From positions 1-34,912 of the forward strand of contig LCOM01000015.1 in NCBI GenBank assembly GCA_000999395.1: a stretch of DNA of 34,912 nt. Reading direction: 5' to 3'. Position 1 is the stretch's first letter; every line of letters starts with the position of its first letter. Below, in pieces: positions 9,471 through 17,671 of the stretch. The stretch is from Parcubacteria group bacterium GW2011_GWA2_47_7. Its GTDB lineage: Bacteria > Patescibacteriota > Minisyncoccia > Phycocordibacterales > UBA6899. Made by a program: the position numbers and the translations under genes. The notes beneath the pieces were generated by a model. It was not told the DNA's origin. It saw only the letters and a list, made by a program, of their open reading frames with translations, and did not search any database.

Positions 9471-10097
9471 TCACGATAATGTCTTCAGTCCATCCGCAAG
9501 AATTTCCTCTTCGGTGCGAAGTGAGTGTACCGAGGTATATTTATCAATAATGATGCCGAAGGCATTTCCATAGGCACGAAGTGCTTCGGGGCTATTATCT
9601 CCGGTGATATTGAGATCTGCATATTCATTGGTGGGTGTATATTTTTTTGGGTTAAAGCCCTTAATGAGGTCACGATAAGTGGTTTCACGAATTTCATCAC
9701 CCTGTGCAGCGAGAAACTTCGTAAAAAATTCTTTGCGGAGTCCGTCAACATCGGTCGAGGAGGTCGCAAAGTTCGGATCTTGGATTAAGACGAGTTTATC
9801 ATTTGGGCCAACTATCGTTGGGTTTCTTCCCACTGCGACCTCGATTCCGTCCAGCGTTCCATCTCCATCGCTGTCCGAATTGAGGGGGTCGCTTCCATAG
9901 ACATTCTCTTCCCAGTCTGAGAGTCCATCATTATCGGAATCAATTTCCGAAAAGTCCACAGGTTCATTTGTGTCTACTTGCTCGGAATCTTGTTTGTAGA
10001 TTGGTGTACGATTCATAAAAAAACCAACACCAATGATGGTGAGCGCAAAAAGGCCACTGAGTATCAAATTTTTGTGTGGAAAGTTTGAAAAGTCCAT
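9471..10097 (-). CDS. membrane-anchored protein with thrombospondin type-3-like Ca-binding Asp repeats; first gene of the T4SS-like operon
   Basis: DSDNDGLSDWEENVYGSDPLNSDSDGDGTLDG is a TSP3-type D-x-D-x-D-G repeat. There is an N-terminal TM segment (LILSGLFALTIIGVGFF). I chose the ATG at 10097 because AGGAGG lies 6 nt upstream (10104..10109 on the complement). The track start at 10112 is an upstream in-frame ATG immediately 5' of, and abutting, that SD (the SD forms its next two codons). Confidence 0.7.
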   Translation of the reverse strand: MDFSNFPHKNLILSGLFALTIIGVGFFMNRTPIYKQDSEQVDTNEPVDFSEIDSDNDGLSDWEENVYGSDPLNSDSDGDGTLDGIEVAVGRNPTIVGPNDKLVLIQDPNFATSSTDVDGLRKEFFTKFLAAQGDEIRETTYRDLIKGFNPKKYTPTNEYADLNITGDNSPEALRAYGNAFGIIIDKYTSVHSLRTEEEILADGLKTLS

Positions 10098-10127
10098 GGG
10101 ATTCCTCCTCATTGAAAATGCTCTATC

Positions 10128-10136
10128 ATTGTAACA
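10128..10136 (-). promoter_or_regulatory. extended -10 promoter element TGtTACAAT for the T4SS-like operon
   Basis: The minus-strand sequence reads TGTTACAAT about 30 nt upstream of the ATG at 10097, with the AGGAGG SD in between. No good -35 is visible. Confidence 0.45.
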
Positions 10137-10163
10137 ATAATAGAGAAAAAAAGGTTGAAAAAT

Positions 10164-10172
10164 TTACCGCAT
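10164..10172. promoter_or_regulatory. perfect DnaA box (TTATCCACA / TGTGGATAA)
   Basis: The + strand reads TGTGGATAA, about 30 nt upstream (minus sense) of the predicted operon -10. Confidence 0.4.
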
Positions 10173-10266
10173 TTGTGGATAAGTAGTATTTATAGTGGTC
10201 TCCTAAATGCCAACCGTTATCAAGGAAGAAGCGTGGTATTAATGTGAGTGACAATAATTGTGAAAC

Positions 10267-10291
10267 AAAAAAGCGGAGCATATTGCTCCGC
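10267..10291 (-). terminator. rho-independent terminator of the 10311..10883 gene
   Basis: The minus strand reads GCGGAGCAATATGCTCCGCTTTTTT: a 7-8 bp GC-rich stem, a 4-nt loop and a T6 run. Confidence 0.75.
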
Positions 10292-10310
10292 CATTGAGTG
10301 CACAAATGAA

Positions 10311-10883
10311 CTAACGGCCGAAGAGTCCTCGCAATGCATTTCCGAGGAGGTTTTCCACAGGATCGTTTCCCTTAGGAGCAATTCCTTGTGACGATCCGGT
10401 TACTGGGTCGGCATTTTGCGTGCCCGCGAACTGCCGTGCCTCATCGCTTGCGTACGTAACTGAACTACCATTCTGATGACTATTGTCAAAAATAGTCCAG
10501 AGTACGAGCTGTCCATTGTCGGACTTGAAGATTCGTTCGATAAGCCCAGGACCACCCGTCCGAGCTACGCGAATTCGCCAAGCAGACTGATGGTCGACGG
10601 AACGTATATCGAAGCATCGTCCCCCTGTATTTTTTCCCGGAACATAGTTTCCATCCTGAGTGCACATCTCGCCCTCTGGGTTGATGGCAATAAATTGTTT
10701 CGGCAAAAAAGGCTTCGCGTAATGACTTCTCTCAATCATGTCAACAACACGCGAAGTTTTATCCGCACGGTTTTGACTACGTTTAATTTCTGCCGGATTG
10801 CAACTGCTGCCTCGGCATGCCAACGACGGCAGAGACAATGTCATACCCAGTATCGCAACTAAAAGAAAAAGAAATTTCTTCAT
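10311..10883 (-). CDS. secreted protein of unknown function
   Basis: I chose the ATG at 10883 (MKKFLFLLVAILGMTLSLPSLACRG..., a signal peptide) because AGGAGG lies 5-6 nt upstream. The longer track ORF (to 10949) adds a non-signal N-terminus and overlaps the predicted promoter. Confidence 0.7.
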   Translation of the reverse strand: MKKFLFLLVAILGMTLSLPSLACRGSSCNPAEIKRSQNRADKTSRVVDMIERSHYAKPFLPKQFIAINPEGEMCTQDGNYVPGKNTGGRCFDIRSVDHQSAWRIRVARTGGPGLIERIFKSDNGQLVLWTIFDNSHQNGSSVTYASDEARQFAGTQNADPVTGSSQGIAPKGNDPVENLLGNALRGLFGR

Positions 10884-10921
10884 TAGGAACCTCCTGTGTT
10901 TAAAGCAACTTTCCAGATGTA

Positions 10922-10949
10922 ATCCTAGCACAAACAGACAAATTGTCAA
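10922..10949 (-). promoter_or_regulatory. sigma70-like promoter TTGACA-16-TAGGAT
   Basis: On the minus strand, TTGACA (10949..10944) and TAGGAT (10927..10922) are separated by 16 nt, about 40 nt upstream of the ATG at 10883. Confidence 0.55.
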
Positions 10950-11041
10950 CTTTTTTACAAAAACGCGAGTATTTACAACAAAATTGAGACAAAATGAATA
11001 TTGATTGTTATAATTTATCGATATAGTCGTTTAACTACAAC

Positions 11042-12136
11042 ATGATGCAACTTCGAATATCTATTGTTATTGGATTTTTGTGTGGTTTGGTTTTTAATGT
11101 TCCCATTGCACTTGCCGTCACCACGCAAGATTGCGTTGCATTGACACGCAATCTTTCTTTGGGGATGAGCGGGAGCGACATTCAACTTCTTCAGCAGGTT
11201 TTGAATAGGGATCAGCGAACAACACTCGCTATGACTGGTCCCGGCTCGCGTGGGATGGAGAGTCAATATTTTGGACCGATCACAAAGCGTGCGGTGATTG
11301 CATTCCAAGATATGTATGCCGACGAAGTGCTCACTCCGGTTGGGCTTACTGCGGGGAGTGGTTATGTTGGAGTATTTACTCGCGCAAAGCTTGCGACGTT
11401 GTGTCTTATCGGTGGGGAAATATCACCGGTAACATCCATCGCTACTCCGCACGTCGCGACACCAGTGGTCATCACGCCTTCCTTGCCTATTATGAAGGCA
11501 ACAACAACGCCGACTTCTTCGGCAGCATCAGCAAGTATTCTTGAATCAACTATTACTGCTGTTTCAGGTGGATTTCATTCGGATACTCCTGTATTGATGT
11601 ATCCTTCAGCTTATACCGCAGAGCGTGGCGCGACCGTGGGCATCTTTACCCTTGGGCTTTCTGCTGATGGGAATACTGTGCATATTGGTGATTTTACAAT
11701 TTCCGATGTACCACAAAATAGTAATGGACAGCTTTCATTCGTCGTTCCGGATAATGCGCCAAGTGGAAAACATGAACTTTGGATAAGTAGCAGTAAGGGT
11801 GTAACAAATAAATCATTCCTTATTATTACCGATCTAGCAGTCTCACCTCCTGAGATAGAAAGCATTACTCCTGAGGAGGGCTTTTGGGGTCAAGTAATAA
11901 CGGTGACGGGCTCAGGATTTCTTCCTGAGGGGAATGAAGTACGTATCTCATACGGAGTAATTGAGAACATCCCTTCGTCTGATGGAAAAACCCTTCAATT
12001 TGCGGTTTCTCCTAATATTCCCGGTCTCCAGATCGGTGAAGATCGCCCTGAATTTGATATTCGCGATCAATATTGGTTCACGGTGCTGAATGATAATGGC
12101 ATGAGCAAGCCGATGGTCTTTATACTAAAGGTATAG
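11042..12136 (+). CDS. secreted peptidoglycan-binding (PG_binding_1-like) protein with C-terminal IPT/TIG-like Ig domains
   Basis: 364 aa with a signal peptide. LSLGMSGSDIQLLQQVLNRD...YFGPITKRAVIAFQ matches the PG-binding domain pattern. ITPEEGFWGQVITVTGSGF and TVGIFTLGLS... resemble IPT/TIG repeats. Confidence 0.7.
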   Translation: MMQLRISIVIGFLCGLVFNVPIALAVTTQDCVALTRNLSLGMSGSDIQLLQQVLNRDQRTTLAMTGPGSRGMESQYFGPITKRAVIAFQDMYADEVLTPVGLTAGSGYVGVFTRAKLATLCLIGGEISPVTSIATPHVATPVVITPSLPIMKATTTPTSSAASASILESTITAVSGGFHSDTPVLMYPSAYTAERGATVGIFTLGLSADGNTVHIGDFTISDVPQNSNGQLSFVVPDNAPSGKHELWISSSKGVTNKSFLIITDLAVSPPEIESITPEEGFWGQVITVTGSGFLPEGNEVRISYGVIENIPSSDGKTLQFAVSPNIPGLQIGEDRPEFDIRDQYWFTVLNDNGMSKPMVFILKV

Positions 12137-12169
12137 GGGTGCTTTTTAAAAAGATATATACTATACACA

Positions 12170-12592
12170 ATGGAACATATCAAAAAAATACAAAAGAGAG
12201 TAGAACAAGCAACTCGGATGAGTACACGATTTTTGTTTGCGTTCGTTATTCTTGTCCTTGGGGTGATTGCCGCTTTCTCTATATCTGTGCAGACATCTAC
12301 TGCGGGACCAGGACAACCCTTCGGGGGAATGATTAGCGCTGTATTTACGTGTACATGCTCAGGGAATTTTGCGATCTATTTTACTGATTTAACGATTTCT
12401 CCACCAATTGCATTGCCGCTTATTTATCAGCCGGGTGGGACAATCACGTATCAGTTCGGACCACCACTCAGCGCCGGTCGGTGGATGCTGGGGACGTGGA
12501 CATCGGGAGGATCATGTCGCTATTGGGTAGGAAAATTTTGCTCCGTTTTGCCCACCGCTGGCACCATGTACATGGTTGGGACTTCAATGTAG
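12170..12592 (+). CDS. small membrane-anchored or secreted Cys-containing protein, unknown function
   Basis: 140 aa with a TM/signal segment (FLFAFVILVLGVIAAFSISV) and conserved-looking Cys residues (FTCTCSG, GGSCRYWVGKFC). A TATACT hexamer lies 7 nt upstream of the ATG, and a terminator follows. Confidence 0.55.
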   Translation: MEHIKKIQKRVEQATRMSTRFLFAFVILVLGVIAAFSISVQTSTAGPGQPFGGMISAVFTCTCSGNFAIYFTDLTISPPIALPLIYQPGGTITYQFGPPLSAGRWMLGTWTSGGSCRYWVGKFCSVLPTAGTMYMVGTSM

Positions 12593-12619
12593 TGGAACTC
12601 GACTACTATCGAACAATGA

Positions 12620-12652
12620 CACCTACACAAGATTCTTGTGTAGGTGTTTTTT
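12620..12652 (+). terminator. rho-independent terminator (shared by convergent genes)
   Basis: CACCTACACAAG-att-CTTGTGTAGGTG is a 12-bp perfect stem followed by TTTTTT. The last ~9 codons of the convergent rsmA reading frame are encoded within the hairpin. Confidence 0.8.
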
Positions 12653-13343
12653 GCGTAGTGTAGCTATTTCGGTCGCAAGTGCTATCCACATTTCGATTGG
12701 TAAATCCTCTCCTCGAATTTTTGCGTCGATATGTAGTTTGGTAAAAAGTGTGAGTAACTCATCCTTCGGATACGGAAGACCGAGAGAAAGATTACCAAGA
12801 AGCATTTTTCGCTTGGCGCGAAAACCTGCTTTCATGATAGAAAAAAAATCCTTTTCTTGAAGTGTACCCAGTTTTTCCTTGCCGATATTTTTGATGATGA
12901 GTATGGCGGAATCGACTTTTGGGATGGGATCGAATGCTTCGCGCGACACCTTTCCAGCAATATGTGGATCACCGAATACTTTTATCGATAACGAGAGGAT
13001 GCTTTCTTTTTTATCATGAGAGACAATTTGCTCCGCGACTTCTTTCTGGACAGCGGCTCTTGCCTCCTCGATGCTGCCTTTTGCAGCAATGAGCGGCATT
13101 CCGGCCTGGGCTCCGTCAATGCCTATTGCCGTAATTTTGACGCCTGTTGCCGCTATTGCCTTTTCCGTCTGCCTGAAGTTCGTCCGCATTAAGAAGCGCA
13201 TTGGTGAGGGCGCCCTCGCCGGGTCCAACTTCAACGACGAGATCACCAGGAAAAATATCTGAGACATCGACAATATGCGCCACCACCTCCTTTGAGCGAA
13301 GAAAATTTTGCCCCAATGATTTTTTTGCATGCACCGGACTCAT
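12623..13343 (-). pseudogene. rsmA: 16S rRNA (adenine1518/1519-N6)-dimethyltransferase RsmA/KsgA, apparently frameshifted and internally shortened
   Basis: The frame starting at 13343 gives KKSLGQNFL...[16 protein letters not shown] (the KsgA N-terminus with its SAM motif), then nonsense and a stop at 13116. A second frame gives VQKEVAEQIV...ESILSLSIKVFG...FDPIPKVDSAILII...GFRAKRKML (the KsgA C-terminal half). Only ~45 codons separate GPG from QKEV, versus ~95-100 in E. coli KsgA. Confidence 0.6.
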
Positions 13344-13430
13344 GTATACACTTTGCCATAGAATACAAAAAAATTCTATGACATCTCAAACTCCCGGTCG
13401 TTCGACAACGAGTTGGAGGTCGTATTATTG

Positions 13431-15455
13431 TTAGATGTAAACGACGTCGTCATTGTCATCATCCCAACCCAAGAGGCTTACACGCTTCCCATCCTTCACT
13501 CCGTTTTCGTTCACGAATACGTCGCCCTCGCGTGATTCATTCATCAAGAGTCCTGCGTCAATGTCATTGAGAAATTCTGATGGAATATTTACCGTCCTGC
13601 TCCCGAAGATGGTACGAAATGATGCGTAGGTAAGAAATACTTTATTCGCCGCACGTGTGAGGGCGACATAAAAAAGCCGACGCTCTTCTTCACGCTCAGA
13701 CTGGTCCTTGCTCTCGTCTTGAGAGCGACGTGAGGGAAACAGGTCCTGCTCCATGCCAGTGATAAAGACGTTGGGGAATTCTAGTCCTTTTGAAGCATGA
13801 ATTGTCATGAGGCGTACTGCGTCAGTCTCACCCTTCATCGTGTCTTGATCAGACTCAAGTGCGACATCGGCAAGAAATTGCTCGATACCCTCTTCCCCAT
13901 CAAAAACATCATAGCGCGTGGCGACTGAGACGAGCTCTCGAACGTTTGCGAGGCGTTCCGTGTCCTCCTCATCTCCGTCTGCGAGCATCGATTCGATTCC
14001 CGTTTCTTTGATAATGTAGGCAATGAGTTGTGATGGTTTCATTGTCGTCCCCGCAAGTTTTATCCGATCGAGAAGAGCATAAAATTTTGCAATCTTTTCG
14101 CGCATGGCGGCAGGTAGTTTTTCGGTGTTGCCAGCAAGAATTTTTGCGAGAGTCACTTTTCCAACACCACGTGCGGGGATATTGATGATGCGCTCAAGGT
14201 CAAACGGAGAATTGGGATTTTGCGATGCCTTCAAGTAGGCAAGCACATCTTTGACCTCCTTTCGCTCATAGAATCGTACTCCGAGTACTTGGTACGGAAT
14301 ACCCGCAAAGAGCAGTGCCTCTTCGAGTACGCGAGACTGAAAGTTCGTGCGATAAAGCACTGCAATATCAGACGGATGTGCACCTCCGGAACAAAGTGCG
14401 GCGATACGCATTGCGACAAATCGAGCCTCGTCCGTCTCATCATATCCAGCGAAGAGTGAGAGTTGCTCCCCTTTTACATTTTCAGTAAATAGATTTTTTA
14501 TTTTGCGCATCGTGTTTTTGGCGATGACGCCATTTGCCGCAGAAAGAATATTTTGGGTTGAGCGGTAGTTTTGTTCGAGCAGAATAACACGGGCACCGGG
14601 GTAGTCCTCTTCAAAGTTGAGTATGTTCGCGATGGATGCTCCGCGCCAGCTGTAAATATTTTGATCACTATCTCCCACGACGCAGATATTTTTTTTCTCA
14701 CCAGACAGGAGTTTCACGAGTTGGTACTGCACTTGATTGGTATCTTGGTATTCATCGACATGGATGTATTGCCACTGTGTTTGGTAATAGCGAAGAATAT
14801 CCTCATGCGATTCCAGCAGTTTCACTGTTTTTTCGAGAAGGTCATCAAAGTCCAGCACATTAGCATTGCGTAGCGCATCTTCATAGAGTACAAAAACTCT
14901 TTTGAGTGTCTGTGCGAGATAGCGATTATTCGTCGTGCTCTCGATAGTTTCTGGTGTCCCGAGATTTCCTTTGTGTCTAGAAATAAGTCCTTGGATCTTG
15001 CGTGGCTCAAATTGTTTTGGGTCTATCCCCGCCTTGAGCATGGATAGCTTGATGAGTTTTAGCGATTCGTCCTGTGCGAGAATGCTTGCGCTACGGGGAA
15101 TTCCAATGGCCGTCCCTTTCTCGCGCAGAATAGAAATACCGAGGCCGTGAAAGGTGCCGATGAACGGAAGATCTCTCCGGTACCCAATGTGGCTTCCATC
15201 TCCCCCCACACCAAGAAGTGAAAAAACGCGCTCGCGCATTTCTTTGGCTGCCTTGTTGGTGAACGTGATGGCGAGAATGGCACCTCCGGGAACTCCTCCC
15301 TCTATGATGTGCCCGATGCGATGTGTCAGGGTTTTGGTTTTACCCGCCCCTGCTCCCGCGACAATGAGGAGTGGTCCGTCGGTCGCCAAAACAGCCGCCT
15401 TTTGTGCGGGGTTTAAATTTAAAAGTAGATCTTTGTGTGTTTCTGCGGAATACAT
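13431..15455 (-). CDS. pcrA: ATP-dependent DNA helicase, UvrD/PcrA (SF1A) family
   Basis: 674 aa. LNPAQKAAV; GPLLIVAGAGAGKTKTLTHRI (motif I); ITFTNKAAKEMRER; IGTFHG; IHVDEYQDTN; VVGDSDQNIYSWRGA; LEQNYRST; LYRTN; TIHASKGLEFP; RLFYVALTRA. Confidence 0.9.
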   Translation of the reverse strand: MYSAETHKDLLLNLNPAQKAAVLATDGPLLIVAGAGAGKTKTLTHRIGHIIEGGVPGGAILAITFTNKAAKEMRERVFSLLGVGGDGSHIGYRRDLPFIGTFHGLGISILREKGTAIGIPRSASILAQDESLKLIKLSMLKAGIDPKQFEPRKIQGLISRHKGNLGTPETIESTTNNRYLAQTLKRVFVLYEDALRNANVLDFDDLLEKTVKLLESHEDILRYYQTQWQYIHVDEYQDTNQVQYQLVKLLSGEKKNICVVGDSDQNIYSWRGASIANILNFEEDYPGARVILLEQNYRSTQNILSAANGVIAKNTMRKIKNLFTENVKGEQLSLFAGYDETDEARFVAMRIAALCSGGAHPSDIAVLYRTNFQSRVLEEALLFAGIPYQVLGVRFYERKEVKDVLAYLKASQNPNSPFDLERIINIPARGVGKVTLAKILAGNTEKLPAAMREKIAKFYALLDRIKLAGTTMKPSQLIAYIIKETGIESMLADGDEEDTERLANVRELVSVATRYDVFDGEEGIEQFLADVALESDQDTMKGETDAVRLMTIHASKGLEFPNVFITGMEQDLFPSRRSQDESKDQSEREEERRLFYVALTRAANKVFLTYASFRTIFGSRTVNIPSEFLNDIDAGLLMNESREGDVFVNENGVKDGKRVSLLGWDDDNDDVVYI

Positions 15456-15463
15456 TAGCCATC

Positions 15464-15472
15464 ATATTAGCA
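15464..15472 (-). promoter_or_regulatory. extended -10 TGcTAATAT, 8 nt upstream of the helicase ATG (leaderless-type)
   Basis: The minus strand reads TGCTAATAT-gatggcta-ATG. There is no SD. Confidence 0.45.
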
Positions 15473-15679
15473 CCTATTGGCAAGATTTTCCTAAACTGAA
15501 AATAGTCATATTTTAAGCCGTTTTTCACTATATGTTAGGGAGGGTGGGAATATCAAGAATATGGCTTAACGTAGCCCGCAAACAGCCTCATGAATCGCAA
15601 TAATTTAGAATAGTTATATATATAGCCATATATTGAGTGCTGCGATTTTGCAAATCTATGAGTTTTGTATGAAAAATGA

Positions 15680-15709
15680 TTGACCAATCTTGATCGGGTT
15701 GGATATAAT
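15680..15709 (+). promoter_or_regulatory. sigma70-like promoter TTGACC-18-TATAAT
   Basis: TTGACC at 15680..15685 and TATAAT at 15704..15709. It would give a ~130-nt leader to the LysM-M23 gene. Confidence 0.5.
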
Positions 15710-15845
15710 CTTTTTATACGGTTGTCAAACAGAAGCATAGATGAACGATGTCCTGGAGGCACAGAAACACGAAGACGCGTATACATGAAATAGGCTTATC
15801 GCATCTAAAAAAATACAAATACCGAGTCTTCGTGATTTACGAAAC

Positions 15846-16886
15846 TTGGTTATAGGCAAACCAAAACAAAAGCTTTCTTGGAAAAAGCTACCCTTTTTTA
15901 TGCTTGCAGTACTGATTGTCCCCGGAGCCGTCGCCTATGCCGGCTTTTTTTCTTTTTTTGGTGATATCTACAGTAAGGTAATTACTCAGGAAAAGACGAT
16001 TAATTCCCAAAATGTAGTGTTACTTGCTGCCGTTGGCGGACCAGATTTTTCCTTTGAAACCCATTTTTCCGATATTAATACGGTCGGAGAGAGTGCGATT
16101 CTTCCCGAGGTTGGTCCAAGTGGCGGACTTTCAGACGTTGATGGTCTAGACAGTAATCATGGTCAAATTAGTATTTATGTCGTCCATGAGGGGGACTCAC
16201 TCTCTTCTATCGGAGAGATGTTCGGAGTATCAGTAAACACTATTCTGTGGGCCAATAGCCTTCAGCGTGGCACAAAGATTCAAATCGGACAAACACTCGT
16301 GATACTTCCCGTTTCTGGAGTGAAACATATCGTCAAAAAGGGAGACACCCTTGCATCGATAGCTAAGAAATATAGTGGGGATATTGATGAAATTCGTTCA
16401 TATAATGGCATCGAAGATGGCGCGCTTGTGGTAGGAGATGAGGTCATTATTCCGGATGGCGAAGTTGCCGCACCGGTTGTCGTCGCGACGAAATCGACTT
16501 CTGCAAAACTCAGTTCCGTCAGCGGTCCGGCAATTCCAGGTTACTACCAGGTTCCGTTCTCCAATTATCGCAAAACTCAAGGCTTGCATGGGTATAATGG
16601 CGTTGACCTTGTTTCCACTCTTGGTTTGGGTGCACCAGTTATGGCGGCCGCGAAAGGGACTATTATTATTTCACGGCAAGGAGGCTATAACGGTGGTTAC
16701 GGAAGCTATGTGGTTATTCAGCATGGCAATGGCACGCAGACCCTTTATGGGCATCTTCAGTCTGTAGCGGTCTCGACAGGTGAGATTGTCGCACAGGGTC
16801 AGACAATCGGAAAGATGGGGAATACTGGTCGTTCAACCGGCCCACATCTGCATTTCGAGGTTCGTGGTGCAAAAAATCCTTTCTGA
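15846..16886 (+). CDS. LysM-domain M23-family peptidoglycan endopeptidase
   Basis: N-terminal TM segment and two LysM repeats (HEGDSLSSIGEMFGVSVNTILWAN; KKGDTLASIAKKYSGDIDEIRSYN). M23 motifs are GVDL..., YGHL and TGRSTGPHLHFEV. The TTG start at 15846 is uncertain (alternative ATG at 15900). Confidence 0.85.
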   Translation: MVIGKPKQKLSWKKLPFFMLAVLIVPGAVAYAGFFSFFGDIYSKVITQEKTINSQNVVLLAAVGGPDFSFETHFSDINTVGESAILPEVGPSGGLSDVDGLDSNHGQISIYVVHEGDSLSSIGEMFGVSVNTILWANSLQRGTKIQIGQTLVILPVSGVKHIVKKGDTLASIAKKYSGDIDEIRSYNGIEDGALVVGDEVIIPDGEVAAPVVVATKSTSAKLSSVSGPAIPGYYQVPFSNYRKTQGLHGYNGVDLVSTLGLGAPVMAAAKGTIIISRQGGYNGGYGSYVVIQHGNGTQTLYGHLQSVAVSTGEIVAQGQTIGKMGNTGRSTGPHLHFEVRGAKNPF

Positions 16887-16913
16887 TATTTGCGCTGATT
16901 TATAGAAAATAAA

Positions 16914-16948
16914 AACCAGCACTGTTTTCCGTCGTGCTGGTTATTTTT
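16914..16948 (+). terminator. rho-independent terminator of the M23 peptidase gene
   Basis: AACCAGCAC-(11-nt loop)-GTGCTGGTT followed by ATTTTT. Confidence 0.7.
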
Positions 16949-16972
16949 GATTATACGCAATCCTACCTTTTT

Positions 16973-16981
16973 TGTTACACT
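16973..16981 (+). promoter_or_regulatory. extended -10 TGtTACACT, 7 nt upstream of the GTG at 16989
   Basis: TGTTACACT-agtagga-GTG, in frame with the downstream ORF. The track start (TTG at 16947) lies inside the preceding terminator T-run. Confidence 0.4.
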
Positions 16982-16988
16982 AGTAGGA

Positions 16989-17624
16989 GTGAAAAAAATA
17001 ACTTTTAATAATGAAAAAATAGGATTAACTCGAGAGGAGCTCGCAATTTTTTCAAAACTCAATTCCCCAGAAAAAATTCAGACTTTTGTATCCGCTATAC
17101 CGCACAATTTTGAACCGGACGGAGACTCATGTATGTCGGTCCGTGAGGTGCTCGCGACGCATCGGGCGCACTGTATCGAGGGTGCGATGGTTGCGGCTCT
17201 GGCGTTCTGGATCCATGGTGAGCGACCGCTACTTATGGACCTTGTCGCCGGGAAGGGGGATTTTGACCATGTTGTGACACTTTTTAAGCGGGACGGATGC
17301 TGGGGTGCGATATCGAAAGGTAATCATGCCTATACGCGGTATCGTGATCCGGTCTATCGCACCTTACGTGAGCTCGCGATGTCCTACTTTAATGAATATT
17401 ATGACACCAATGGTGTAAAAACTCTGCGCGAGTATTCCCTCCCCTTTGATATTCGGAAGTATAAGCCGGAGGTGTGGATTACCGGAACGGGAGCCTGGGC
17501 GATTGCGGAAGACATTGGTAGTGTTCGGCATTTCGCATTGCTTCGCCCACATCAGGCGCATTCATTGCGAGATATCGAAGACGTAGAGAAAAGAGCGGCG
17601 GAAATAACCGTTATCAATGTATAG
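16989..17624 (+). CDS. hypothetical protein, possibly transglutaminase/papain-like fold (Cys...His)
   Basis: Candidate catalytic residues are a Cys in HRAHCIEGAMVAALAF and a downstream DFDHVV. The fold call is pattern-based only. The GTG start at 16989 was chosen from the promoter geometry. Confidence 0.45.
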   Translation: MKKITFNNEKIGLTREELAIFSKLNSPEKIQTFVSAIPHNFEPDGDSCMSVREVLATHRAHCIEGAMVAALAFWIHGERPLLMDLVAGKGDFDHVVTLFKRDGCWGAISKGNHAYTRYRDPVYRTLRELAMSYFNEYYDTNGVKTLREYSLPFDIRKYKPEVWITGTGAWAIAEDIGSVRHFALLRPHQAHSLRDIEDVEKRAAEITVINV

Positions 17625-17671
17625 CTACTCAGCGTATTCTAGGTGGTGAAGCCTATATGTATGCGGGAGGT

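Noticed and set aside
9232-9474. The 80-aa ORF read as evidence of programmed frameshifting with the upstream TSP3-repeat gene.
   Set aside because: No slippery heptamer or downstream structure is evident at 9471..9480. A simple separate small gene, or a trivial sequencing frameshift, explains it equally well.
12623-13330. The 235-aa ORF taken at face value as an intact gene.
   Set aside because: Its first ~50 residues ([20 protein letters not shown]...) are an out-of-frame reading of the rsmA N-terminal region. The genuine KsgA N-terminus is in the 13343 frame. I therefore annotated the whole locus as a disrupted rsmA.
15553-15786. 77-aa minus-strand ORF in the helicase/M23 divergent intergenic region. 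Also a possible riboswitch in the ~130-nt M23 leader (inverted repeat CACGAAGAC...GTCTTCGTG at ~15768..15834).
   Set aside because: The ORF overlaps the predicted TTGACC-18-TATAAT promoter and has a junk-like translation. The leader shows none of the conserved c-di-AMP (ydaO) or other riboswitch cores I know, so only a generic hairpin can be claimed.
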